From assembly GCA_944320495.1 (NCBI GenBank), contig CALUHR010000009.1:64001-128000 (forward strand): a stretch of DNA of 64,000 nucleotides, written 5' to 3'. Source of the DNA: Candidatus Methanomethylophilaceae archaeon (GTDB taxonomy: Archaea > Thermoplasmatota > Thermoplasmata > Methanomassiliicoccales > Methanomethylophilaceae). The position numbers were made by a program, and so were the translations under genes. Below the pieces are notes generated by a model that was not told the origin of the DNA, searched no databases, and worked only from the letters and a program-made list of their open reading frames with translations. Positions 47,624-58,592 of this stretch are shown here, one piece after another (position 1 is the stretch's first letter; every line of letters starts with the position of its first letter).

Positions 47624-49450
47624 TCGGTCCCCCTCCTCGAACTGCGCGTCATGGAGGGTCCGGTAGTATCCGCCGAGCTCCAGCAGCTCCTCGTGCGTGC
47701 CGGATTCGACGATCTCCCCTCCCACCATCACCAGTATCCTGTCGGCGTTGCGGACGGTCGACAGTCTGTGAGCGATCACGAACGACGTCCTTCCGCCGGT
47801 CATCAGGTCCATCGCCTGCTGGATGCGCTTCTCGGTGCGGGTGTCCACGGAGCTCGTCGCCTCGTCCAGTATGACCATGGGGGCGTCCTTGACTATGGCA
47901 CGGGCGATGGCGATCTGCTGCCTCTGCCCCACGGACAGGCCTCCCCCGGACCCTATCACGGTCTGATACCCGTCGGGGAGCGAGCGGATGTACTCATCGA
48001 TCCCGACGGTCCTGCAAGCCTCCTCCACCCTCTCGGGCGTGGCCCCGGGGCTGGTGAACGCCACGTTGTCGTAGACTGTCCCGTCGAACACCCACGAGTC
48101 CTGGAGGACCATGGAGAACTGCTCCCTCACCTGGTCCCTCGACAGCGATGACGTGGGCACACCGTCTATGAGGATCTGCCCGGACCACGGGTCGTGGAAC
48201 CTCATCAGCAGGTTGACCAGGGTGGTCTTCCCCGCTCCCGTGGGACCGACGATGGCGATGGTCGATCCCGGCTCCACGGTCAGGTCCAGTCCGTGGATGA
48301 CCTCCACGTCCGGACGGTATCCGAAATGGACATCCCTGAATTCGACCCTGCCCTCGGCCCTGGAGAATCCCGGGAGCCTCGGGTCGTCCTCCATCTCCGG
48401 GAGGGCGAGGAACTCGAACACGCGTTCCGATGCGGACGCCACGGACTGCATCCTGGCGATGACGTCCGCCAGCTCCGCGATCGGCTGGTTGAACTTCTTT
48501 ATGTAGACGATGAAGGCCGCTATCACACCGTAGGTGGCCGACCCCTCGATGATGAGGACGGATCCTGCGACGCATACCATAACGTAGCCCAGGTTGCTGA
48601 TGAAGTGCATCAGCTGGGGCATCATGGAGGTGATGACCCTCGCCCTGAACGACGAGCGGAACAGCTCCTCGTTGACCCCGTCGAACTCCGCGCGGCTGTT
48701 GTCCCAGTTGTCGTACGTCCTGACTATGTCATGGCCGTAGTAGACCTCCTCCACTATGGCGTTGATCCTCCCGAGGTCCCTCTGCTGGGCCACGAAGAAC
48801 CTCTGGGTGCGGTGCGTGACCACCCAGAGCGCAGCCATGCCGAACAGCGTGGGGATCACCGCCACCAGCGCGAGTTGCCAGCTGGTGAGGAGCATCATCA
48901 CGATGGCACCGATCATGGTGAAGACGGCGTTGATCGTGTTGGAGAAGCTCTCGGCCGAGCCGCTGCGGACCGTGTCCGTGTCATTGGTCATGCGGCTCAT
49001 CAGGTCGCCGACCTGGTGCGACTCCAGATAGGAGAACGGCAGGCGGTAGAACTTGGACGACAGGTCCTTGCGCATCCGGTCTCCGACCCTCTCGGAGGCG
49101 GTGCCGATGATCCTCGACGCCGACGAGTCGAACAGGAAGCTCAGGCCGTAGATGGCCACCAGGATGATGCCCAGCGTCCCGACCCATCCCGTGTCCACGC
49201 GGCCGTGGTCCGGGTCCAGAATGGATGCGGAGATCTCGTCGGTCATCATCTCCAGGAACTGTGGGCCAACCAGCGCCAGGAGCGTCCCGGCCAGCGTGCA
49301 CGCCATGCCTAGCAGGACCGCGCGACGCTCCCTGCCCATGTACGCGAACAGGTTCGCCATCGCCTGTCCCAGGTCCTTGGGCTTGTCGGAACCGCGGGTC
49401 CATCTCGGGCCCTTGGGCTGCGTCCTTGCTCCGGGCTCGGTGCTCGACAT
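47624..49450 (-). CDS. ABC exporter, TMD+NBD subunit 2
   Basis: GPTGAGKT, LSVGQRQQ, ILDEATSS, IAHRLS; CGA 47626-47624 after QFEEGD; standard-code stop 47507. Confidence 0.92.
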
Positions 49451-51194
49451 CGAAGTCCTCCAGCTGGGAGTGTGCGATCTCGCGGTACAGCTCGCATGAG
49501 GCCATGAGCTCCGCGTGCCTTCCCCTGCCGACGACCCGCCCATGCTCCAGCACGACGATCTCGTCGGCGTCCAGTATCGTCCCGACCCTCTGGGCCACAA
49601 TTATCTTGGTGGCGTCTGCGATCTCGCGGGACAGGGTCTCGCGGAGGTCCCTGTCGGTCTTCGAGTCGAGCGCCGAGAACGTGTCGTCGAACAGGTAGAT
49701 CGGCGGGTCCTTGCAGACCGCCCTCGCGATGGAGAGCCTCTGCTTCTGCCCTCCCGACAGGTTCCAGCCGTGCTGGCTGACGTCAGAGCGTATGCCCTCG
49801 GGGAGACGGTCGGCCAGGTCACCGAGCTTGGCTATGCGCAGGGCGCGCTCCGCCTGCTCCTCGGTGCGCTCCGCGCCGCCGTAGCGTACGTTGTCCAGCA
49901 GGGAGCCTGAGAATACGACCGCGGTCTGGGGCACGTAGCCGATCATGGAGCTCAGCTCGTCCACGCGGTAGTCCCGCACATCGCGTCCTCCTACGAACAC
50001 GTGTCCGGAGGTGGCGTCGTAGAGCCTCGCCATCAACGAGACGACGGTGGACTTCCCGCTGGCCGTCGGACCGATGATGGCCAGCGTTCCACCTCTGCGT
50101 ACAGTGAACGATACGTCGTGGAGGACCTCGGCGTCGGTCCCCGGATAGGTGAAGCTGACGTGCTCGAACCTCACCTCGCCAGGCTCGGTGGCGTCGGACG
50201 CCCCGAGGGCTCCGTCCCTCACGGCTGATTCGTGGGAGATGACGTCCTCGATCCTCCTGGAGGACACCATGACGTTGGGCAGCTGCCGGAGGATCCCGGT
50301 GGTCATCATCACTGCGGAGAGCACCTGGGTGGCGTAGGACGTGAACACTATCATGTCCGAGAACAGCACCATCTGCTCCTCGGTGCTCCCGTAGGCCTGG
50401 TCGATGACGGCCGCCCCGACCCAGTAGATCGCCATGGTCAGGAAGTTCATCATCGCAGCCGAGAGGGGGTGCATATAGGACATCACCCTGGTGACCGCGA
50501 CGGCGTTGTCCCTCAGGTGGTCGGAAGATTCCTCGAAGTCGCGGGTCTGATGCGCCTCGCCGTTGTAGGCGCGGATGGTGCGCATGCCCTCCAGCTCCTC
50601 GCGGGTCTCGGCGTTGACCTCGTCCACGAACCATTGCATCCTGCGGATGTAGGGTATCCCGCGGCTCAGGATGACCGCCATGCACACAAGGAGCACGACC
50701 ATGGCGACGATGGTCACGGATGTCCACTGGAACGAGCTGCCCGCTATCTTCCATATGGCCCAGACAGCGATTATCGGCGCCTTGACGACCGATTGGATGG
50801 CGCGACCGACGAACTGCTGGAGATGGTAGACGTCGTTGGTCGAACGGGTCACGAGGGATGCTACTGAGAACGAGTCCAGGTCTTCGCGGGACCACGATTC
50901 TATCCTTGAGAACTGCATCTTGCGGAGCGTCCTGCAGAGTGCGGACGCGACGCGCGATGCGAGGGCGGCGGTGGCGACGGCCAGCACGAAGCTTATTAGC
51001 GCGCATGCGACCATGTCCACGCCGCATCCGGCGATCACGTCGGTGGCATCCCCTGCCTGGAGATGGTACGTGATCTCCGACATGTATTCGGGGATGCGGA
51101 GGTCCAGATACACCTGCCCCGTTATGAGGAGGATGCAGCAGGCCACCATTCCCCAGTCTCTCTTACGCAGATACCTCAAAATCGCTCTGATCAC
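49437..51194 (-). CDS. ABC exporter, TMD+NBD subunit 1 (degenerate Walker B)
   Basis: GPTASGKS, LSGGQKQR, LFDDTFSALD, VAQRV; CGA 49439-49437 after SQLEDFDVEH; standard-code stop 48981. Confidence 0.92.
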
Positions 51195-51270
51195 CTTCCT
51201 TTTTTCTCGAAACGATACCCCATAGGGGTATGACTATTTTAGATTGCGCTCGGACAGGCAGGCTGGTGGT

Positions 51271-51951
51271 TCAGATGGGTTTATCTCCCGAGGCCTCCAG
51301 AAGTTCGCGCTCCCATCTCTCGAGGAAGGAATCGGCCATGCGGAGGAGCTTCTTCAGGATGGGGATCTCGTATCCGGTCCTCTCCGCGAGCGCGTAGAAG
51401 CCGTCCGCGATCCAGGTTATCCGGACGTCCTCGCCGTCCTCAACCTGGTCGGTCACCTCCCTCAGGACCGCGTCCCAGTCTATACGGGTCGCGCGGAGGA
51501 TGGACTCGCAATCCGCCGCATCTCCCTCCCTCTCGGTTATAGACTTGAAGATGAGGATGTCCTCCGGGGCGCAGGTGCAGAGCCTCAGACCGCCCTTCGA
51601 GAACCTCTCCACCGACCTTCCCGCCATCGCCTCGGAGAACCTGAGTTTCCCGCATACCCTGGATTCGAAGAGGTCGACCCTGTGGCCGTCGTCATCCTCC
51701 AGTATGGAGGACAGGTTCATCCTCCCGTATCCGTCGCCTGGACGTACCGAGCGGAACCCCATCCTCGTCAGCGCCCCGAAGATGGCGTCGTACTCCCGAC
51801 GGCTCGTCACCACCATGTCCTTGGTGAAGAGCTTCCTCCCCAGGTACATCATGGACCCGCCGCCTATCATGTAGAGATCCACCGGACTCTCCAGGCTCTC
51901 TGAGAGACGGGTCATCAGCCCCTCCATCTCCCTCTTCTCCCTTATCGTCAT
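51271..51951 (-). CDS. Nucleotidyltransferase-fold protein (DUF6036/AbiEii-like), catalytic motif shortened
   Basis: LYMIGGGSM..TKDMVV (DxD motif reduced), RVDLF, EDILIFKSIT.R.GDAAD. Confidence 0.7.
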   Translation of the reverse strand: MTIREKREMEGLMTRLSESLESPVDLYMIGGGSMMYLGRKLFTKDMVVTSRREYDAIFGALTRMGFRSVRPGDGYGRMNLSSILEDDDGHRVDLFESRVCGKLRFSEAMAGRSVERFSKGGLRLCTCAPEDILIFKSITEREGDAADCESILRATRIDWDAVLREVTDQVEDGEDVRITWIADGFYALAERTGYEIPILKKLLRMADSFLERWERELLEASGDKPI

Positions 51952-52804
51952 GTCTCGTCCCACCCAGGCCGGGGATGCGACCGCAGAGGTCCTTCAGGCT
52001 AGGCCATCCCTCCACGTGTCCGCCCGCGAGTATGGACGACACCATGGATTCGAACCCTCCGTCAGCGCGGACGGACTCCATGTTCCTTAGATAGAACATC
52101 AGGACGCCCATGCGCAGCATGTAATCGCATGTCTTTTCGGCTATCAAGAGCGAATCTTTGAAGACGGTATCTATAGTTTGCGGTTCAGTATGCGATTTGT
52201 AATATGTAGTGTCAAGTCCGATGTCTACACCGTAGTCGTGGAACAGGGAGAACGCCGCCCTCTGGGCGTCGAGTTCGGCGGGGTTGGAGTACAGGACCCC
52301 GTCCCTGTCCCTGCTGTATATGACGGATCCGACGGGCGCACGTGGGTCGTACACATCGGCGAGGTCCTCGAAGCTGTCAAGCATCCTTCTCAGCTCGGGC
52401 CAGAGCGAGTCGTTGATAACGAAGCCCCCGTCCCTTCTGCGTACGACCCCCAAGGACCTGGCGTCGGAGATGCGTCTGTACGCTGTCGCGCGGGAGATTC
52501 CGAGGGCGTCGACGACATCCTCGGGGGTGCGGGGTTCGCGGAGGGTCATAAGGACGTCCATGCCGTGGCCTGACAGCACCGACGCCATCCCAGACGAGAC
52601 TGACATGATGCGGGAGAGGCGGATTCCCGCGGCGCTAGGCACGAGGGTCATACCATCTGGCGAGAGGATGCCCTTCGCTCTGAGTCCCCTAATGGCTGAG
52701 TAGGCCGTCGCGCGTGACGATCCCATCTCCTCTGCGATGGAATCGGCGTCCGTTGTCCCGTTGGATATCGACCGGAGTGCAAGAAGCTCGGATTGTGTGA
52801 ACAT
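51692..52804 (-). pseudogene. Tandem wHTH protein with probable 3' frameshift or lost stop
   Basis: Two HTHs (SIAEEMGSSRATAYSAIRGL; VVDALGISRATAYRRI). The frame runs past the partner's ATG (51951); first CGA at 51788, TGA at 51692. Confidence 0.6.
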
Positions 52805-52927
52805 ATCTCAAAATTCAATAATAATATTTGATTATTTTAGAATTATGAGATGAATTTGGTTGGTGGGATTGATGTAAGCACTGACCCAGCTGCAAAACGT
52901 CGTAATCCCGTAGGGGTGGGGAAAGGC

Positions 52928-52954
52928 GGCCAAGGGGAACCAGGCCCCTTGGCC
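52928..52954. terminator. Inverted repeat downstream of the cbi operon
   Basis: GGCCAAGGGG-AACCAGG-CCCCTTGGCC. Confidence 0.55.
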
Positions 52955-52986
52955 AAGCAAGCTCATCAAAAATCGAATCCCGATTC

Positions 52987-54357
52987 TCGGTCGATCGTTC
53001 TCTCGCGTCCTCTGGAGTCCCTGTACTCGGCGCATCTCCTGAGGAACCCTAACGGAACCTCCGGGTTCGAGTAGTAGTACATGTGGGGGTACCCGGCGAG
53101 GAGCGTCCCGGTGTCGTTGATGCACCTGTACGTGGTCTCCCTCTTGGAGGCCTCCCAGTCGTCCCCGTTGGACTCGCTGTCCCAATAGTGGAACTCGTGC
53201 CCCTTGACGACCGGCCTGGACCCCATCATCCCGTCCTCGTCGACGGGCTGCAGCGTCACATAGCCGAACCTGCAGAGCTTCCCCGTGTTCCAGGTCCTGC
53301 CGGGTATGGCGCCCACCATGTACCTCTCGACCCCGTCCCCGTCCTCCATCCTCTCGTGGAGGTACATGAACCCGCCGCATTCGGCGATGCATGGCATGCC
53401 CGAGGCAATCGCATCGCGGATGTCGTCCAGCATGGAGCGGTTGGACTCCAGCTCCTCCCCGTGGAGCTCCGGGTACCCTCCGGAGAGGACGATGCCGTCC
53501 ACGTCCGAGAGATGCTCGTCTTGCATGGGCGAGAACCTGACAATCTCGGCGCCGCACCTCTCTAGCAGCTCGATGTTGTCCTCGTAGGTGAAGCAGAACG
53601 CGTCATCGTCGGCAAGGCCGATCCTCACCGTCCCGTCGACCCTCCCGACCGTGGGAGCGGAGTACTCCAGATTCGGCGCGGAGCGCGCCATCTCCAAGAT
53701 GCCGTCGATGTCCACGGTCCTCTCCAGCTCCTGTCCGAGCCTCTTCAGCCTGTCCCTGAGCTCCTCCACTTCTCCGGGCAGGACCAGTCCGAGATGCCGG
53801 CTCTCCAGCACGAGGTCCTTCAGCTTCGGGACGTATCCGAGAGGTCTGATGCCCATCCTCTCGGCCTCCGGCGCCAGGGCCTCGTAGACCCTCTGGGACA
53901 TCTGGTTGAAGATGACGCCGGAGATTCTGTTGGGGCGGAAGTCCTTGAATCCTTTCAGCACCGCGAGCGTGGAGAGGGACGCTCCCCTGGAGTTCACAAT
54001 CAGGATGACCGGTATGTCCAGCTTCTCCGAGACGTCGTAGGAGCTGGCGTCGGTCCCTGTGAAGTCGACCCCGTCGTAGAATCCCATCACACCCTCGACC
54101 ACGGAGACGTCGCATTGCTCCGCGGTCCGGCCGAATAGATATCTCAGCGTCCGGGCGTCGACGAAGTAGGCGTCCAGGTTCTTCGATCTGGCGCCGATAA
54201 CGCGGGAGTGGAACATGGGGTCGATGTAGTCCGGACCGCATTTGAACGAGGCGACACTCAGTCCGCGGTCGACCAGGGCCTGCAGGAGGCCGCAGGTGAT
54301 CAGAGTCTTCCCGCTGCCGCTGGCGGGCGCGGCGATCATGAACCTCGGAAGGCTCAT
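52987..54357 (-). CDS. cbiA: Cobyrinate a,c-diamide synthase
   Basis: ASGSGKT, FKCGPDYIDP, VEGVMGFYDG, LESRHLGL, AFCFTYEDN, GGYPE, AECGGFMYL, GHEFHY; CGA 52989-52987, TGA 52966. Confidence 0.93.
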
Positions 54358-56339
54358 CTGCCCCTCACCACCGCGATGTAGACGGGGTTCTGCCCGAACA
54401 TGAGGTGGTACGAGCCGAGCTTCTTGGAGCGGGCGACTGTGACGTTGATGATGTCCTCCTCCACGAGCCCCAGATCCCTTATCACCTGGGCGGTCTCGGC
54501 TATGGTCTCTATGGTCACGGAGTTGATTACGATGCGGACGTCGGGGTTCTTGTCCAGCAGGCACTGCACGATCTGCTTCAGGTTGCCCGACGAACCACCG
54601 ATGAACGCGTGTGTGGGGGACGGGAGGTCGGCCATCGCCTCCGGAGCCAGGCCCCTGACGATCTCCAGGTTGGGGGTCTTGAATCTTCTCTTGTTGATCT
54701 CGATGAGGTCCGCCGCGGCATCCTCCTTCTCGATGGCGTAGACCCTCCCGTTAACCGCGGTAAGGGCCATCTCGATCGACACGGACCCGGTGCCGGCGCC
54801 GACATCGTAGACGACGGAGTCGTCGCAGAGCTTGAGCTTGGCCACGGACAGCGCGCGGACCTCCGACTTGGTCATGGGGGCATCCCCCCTGACGAACTCC
54901 TCGTCGGGTATGCCGACGGGGTTCCTCCTGTCGGGGCTCCCGTTGTAGATCATTGCCACGCACAGGTCCCCGAAGGAGTGTGCCAGCAACTCGTCCGGTG
55001 ATCCTCTGACGATCCTCTCGGACGGGTATCCGAAGTCCTGGCCGATGGCCACTTCGACGTCCATCCCGTATTCGGACAGCTGGGAGCACATGGCGTGGAC
55101 GGTGTCCTCGCCGGAGAGGAGGGTGAAGACCTTCGCATGGGTGTTCGCCAGCCCCACGATGTTCGCGTCGCGGCCGTGGGCGCTGGTGACGTACGCATCG
55201 CTCCACGTGTCTCCGAGCTTCGAGGCGAAGTACACGAGGGACGAGATCCCGCATTCCACGTCGACTTCGTACTCCTCCGGGTCGAGGGCCTGCAGGAGCT
55301 TCGTAGCGCCGCTGTAGAATCCGGTGTCGCCGGAGAGCAGCACCGCTGCATCCGTGAACTGCGGATGGGAGTCCAGATACCCGCGGATGGCGTCAGCCCT
55401 GTATTCCACGAGGACCTCTTTGCTGGACGTGTCGATGGATTCCACCATGCGTTTGGCGCCGATCACGAGGCCGCATCCGGCCACCCTCGCGGCTGCCCTC
55501 TGGGTCATGTCCCCGGGGCCCATGCCGATGCCTACGAGGGCGACCCTGCGTCTCTCCTCCGATGGGGTCTCCGCATCCGTGTGGTCCAGTCCTAGTCTGT
55601 CGTCCAGCATCCTAACAACCTCTCCATAATCGTGGCCCGACTCGGCGGGCCTGCTGATGAGCACGATCTTCGCACCTGCGCGTCTGGCGGCGCGGACCTT
55701 CTCCTCGAATCCGCCGATCGTTCCTGAATCCTTGGTGACGAGCCATCTCGCACCTGCGCGCCTCAGCGCGGCCAGGTTCTCCTCCTCCGTGAACGGCCCC
55801 TGGGCGGCGATGAGGTGCGACCCCTCGAATCCGAGCGACACGGCCTTCCCCATGGATTCGCCTGTGGAAAGGACGCGTGCCGTGAGTCTCTCCCGGTAGT
55901 CTGGTATCTCCGTGTACAGGTGGAGCTCGTTGGACCCGGTGGAGACCAGGACGTTGCCCTCGGTCCCCTTCAGGAACTCCACGGCATCCTTCACGGAGGG
56001 GACCTCCACTATGTCGTCCGGCGCGCATCCGCCGTCCCTGACGAGCCTGATGCATTCGACTCCCGCCTCGGAGCACCCCTCGCGGATGTGCTCCGATATC
56101 CTCCTGGCATAGGGATGGGTGGCGTCGACGACCAGGCCGTAGCCGCAGTCGCGGATCACCCTGGCTATGCCCTCGGCCCCGCCACAGCTCCCGACCTGTA
56201 CGTCCACGCCGTCCTCCTCCATGACCACTGCCCCGTACTCGGTGGCGACGCGCACATGGACGGGCACGCCTCTGGAGTGGAGGTATCTGGCTACGGCCCT
56301 GCCGTCGGCGGTCCCGGAGAAGACCAGAACGTCGGTCAT
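54354..56339 (-). CDS. cbiJ-cbiET: Triple fusion: cobalt-precorrin-6A reductase + CbiE + CbiT
   Basis: VFSGTADGR, VDATHPYA, LVTKDSG..GG (CbiJ); LVGIGMGP, LLSGDTGFYS (CbiE); PMTKSEVR, YDVGAGTGSVS, AFIGGS (CbiT). Confidence 0.9.
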   Translation of the reverse strand: MTDVLVFSGTADGRAVARYLHSRGVPVHVRVATEYGAVVMEEDGVDVQVGSCGGAEGIARVIRDCGYGLVVDATHPYARRISEHIREGCSEAGVECIRLVRDGGCAPDDIVEVPSVKDAVEFLKGTEGNVLVSTGSNELHLYTEIPDYRERLTARVLSTGESMGKAVSLGFEGSHLIAAQGPFTEEENLAALRRAGARWLVTKDSGTIGGFEEKVRAARRAGAKIVLISRPAESGHDYGEVVRMLDDRLGLDHTDAETPSEERRRVALVGIGMGPGDMTQRAAARVAGCGLVIGAKRMVESIDTSSKEVLVEYRADAIRGYLDSHPQFTDAAVLLSGDTGFYSGATKLLQALDPEEYEVDVECGISSLVYFASKLGDTWSDAYVTSAHGRDANIVGLANTHAKVFTLLSGEDTVHAMCSQLSEYGMDVEVAIGQDFGYPSERIVRGSPDELLAHSFGDLCVAMIYNGSPDRRNPVGIPDEEFVRGDAPMTKSEVRALSVAKLKLCDDSVVYDVGAGTGSVSIEMALTAVNGRVYAIEKEDAAADLIEINKRRFKTPNLEIVRGLAPEAMADLPSPTHAFIGGSSGNLKQIVQCLLDKNPDVRIVINSVTIETIAETAQVIRDLGLVEEDIINVTVARSKKLGSYHLMFGQNPVYIAVVRGR

Positions 56340-57364
56340 AGGAACCTCGCCTCCACTCTCTTCGAACAGATAGCGATGGTCATGCCGTCCCTGGGGGTCT
56401 TGCGGAGCACGAACTCCTCCCCTCCGGCGATGACGGCCGAGCGCTCGCAGACGCAGTCGACGTCGGTGACGCTGCTCACGAACTCCGATCTCGAGAACTC
56501 TCCCTCGAGGGAGTTGAGCTCCTCCGCGGAATGGAACGATGCCGGCACCCTCAGGCGCCTGGCCAGCTCGAGTATGGCCTCCTCGTCCCTCTTGATGTCT
56601 ATGCTGGAGACGGCGGCAACCCTCTGGCGGGCGATGCCAAGGCCATCCAGCGTCGATTTGACGAAATCCCACAGCTTCGCGGGGTCGGTCCCGCGTTTGC
56701 AACCCACTCCCAGTACGATGTCCTGCGGCACGAGGTTGAGAGTGACATCGAACGGCTTCTCCCCCGGATCGGATGATATGCAGACGCCCAGCTCTCCGGA
56801 GTCTGCGGGTGTTATGCCGTCCGGGAGATCGCCCCCCACGGGGATGTTCGAGCGGAATCCCACGAACCTCCCGTCAAGAACCCTGGCCGAGACGTCCTTG
56901 GCGATGGCCATGCTGGAGATCCTCATGCCGTTCCTGGAGGCGAAGGTGTCCACCGAGAACTTCCCGTTCAGGTCCGTGGCGGTGGTGATTATCGGTTCGG
57001 AGCCCATCCTGTCCGCTATCCTGGCGGTCAGCTCGTTGCATCCGCCGATGTGTCCGGACAGGAGAGCCACCGCCCAGCGACCGTGCTCGTCCATGCAGAC
57101 GACCGCGGGGTCCGTGGTCTTGCTCCTCACGTAGGGGGCGATGTATCTCACCGCGATGCCGATGGCTCCGATGTAGACGATGGCGTCGCATTCGTTCCAT
57201 GAGGCCCCGGTCCACTCGCCCACCTTGCCCTCTATCCTCTCTACGCCAAGGCTGTCCGACGTGGTCTTGCAGTAGATCCTGACGTCGTCCTCCCTCAGCG
57301 CCTCCTTGAGCCTCAGCGCCGTCCTGCACCCGTTGGTGGAGAAGGCGACCGCGTCGATCCGCAT
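56336..57364 (-). CDS. cbiG: Cobalt-precorrin-5A hydrolase
   Basis: GIAVRYIAP, DPAVVCMDE, LLSGHIGG, ITTATD, GVGCKRG, CVCERSA. Confidence 0.93.
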   Translation of the reverse strand: MRIDAVAFSTNGCRTALRLKEALREDDVRIYCKTTSDSLGVERIEGKVGEWTGASWNECDAIVYIGAIGIAVRYIAPYVRSKTTDPAVVCMDEHGRWAVALLSGHIGGCNELTARIADRMGSEPIITTATDLNGKFSVDTFASRNGMRISSMAIAKDVSARVLDGRFVGFRSNIPVGGDLPDGITPADSGELGVCISSDPGEKPFDVTLNLVPQDIVLGVGCKRGTDPAKLWDFVKSTLDGLGIARQRVAAVSSIDIKRDEEAILELARRLRVPASFHSAEELNSLEGEFSRSEFVSSVTDVDCVCERSAVIAGGEEFVLRKTPRDGMTIAICSKRVEARFL

Positions 57365-58509
57365 CGCAGCTCCCTCCTGACCTCGTCGAGGAGCTCGTCC
57401 GCCAGGCTCGTCTTGCCCAGCAGTCCGTATGCCGACGAGAACATCACAGCCCCCGTCCGGATCCTTCCGCCAGTGCGGTGGTTCATATGGAACTCTATCT
57501 TCTCGACAAGGAGCTTCGAGACCTCGGGGATCAGCCCCTCCCTGTCGATCACGTCCAGGGCGTCGTCCGTGGATATGCACCCCATGATCTCCCTGACGCA
57601 GTCCATCGACGCTCCCGCAATCGCCGCGTTGGCGGCGAGGATCTCCATCCTGGCATCGGCGTTGCGCGAATGCGTGTTCATGATGCCGCCGGCGAGCTTG
57701 ACCATCTTGCCCAGATTGGATACGAGGACGATGTCCACGCCCAGCTCCACCGCGCAGTCGAGCATCTCGCCGACGAAGTTGCTGCATTTGACGGCGAACT
57801 CGGGGTCGATCCCGTCGATCCCCTCGGAGAAGTCCCTGCCGTAATTGCCAGGCACAACCAGCAGAACCTTGTTGCCGTCGGCGGCGCGCACCCTCATCTC
57901 GGTGCGGATAGTCTCCACCAGGGCGGTCTCGCTCATCGGCTCCACTATGCCGCTCGTCCCGAGGATGGAGATCCCCCCCTCGATTCCGAGGCGGGGGTTG
58001 AACGTCCTCTCCGCAATCTCCGTTCCAGCCGGGACGGATATGACCGCCCTCAGGCCCCCGGTGTATCCCATCGCGGATGACACGTCCTCCAGGGCCTCGC
58101 GGATCATGGACCTCGGGACGCGGTTTATGGCGGCGTTGCCAGGCGGCTGGTCGAGCCCCTTGCGGGTCACCCTTCCGACCCCGACTCCGCCGTCTATCTC
58201 GATCCCCTCGGGGATCATGGACACCTCAGAATAGACGAGAGCACCGTGGGTGGCGTCGATGTCGTCGCCGCCGTCCTTCCTGACGGCACAGGATGCCGTT
58301 TCCCCATCGATCCTGAGGTCCTCGACGGGCAGGTCCAGGACTATGCCCTTGGGGGTCGTGATGCTGACCGTCTCCACGGGAGTTCCCAGGAGCGCCATCG
58401 CCGCCGCCTTGCTGGCAGCGGTCGCGCAGGTCCCGGTGGTGTGGCCCCTTCTAAGACGCTTGTTGTTCACATAGACGTACATCTCGTCGGGTCTGGGGCC
58501 TAGGGTCAT
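57364..58509 (-). CDS. cbiD: Cobalt-precorrin-5B C1-methyltransferase
   Basis: LRRGHTTGTCA, KDGGDDIDAT, GGVGVGRVT, AINRVPR, NPRLGIEGGISILGTSG, KLAGG..NTH; ends with CGA overlapping the cbiG ATG; standard-code stop 57313. Confidence 0.95.
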
Positions 58510-58592
58510 CTCTCGTCTCCTGCAGTTGGATGAATATACCAACACTTATATTATTCCCGACGCTACCCTGAAAGCAGGAAGAGTGGTCTGTG

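Noticed and set aside
52805-58592. Cobalamin riboswitch near the cbi operons
   Set aside because: The divergent gap 58510-58592 is about 80 nt and AT-rich with no B12-box; 52805-52965 shows only a hairpin.
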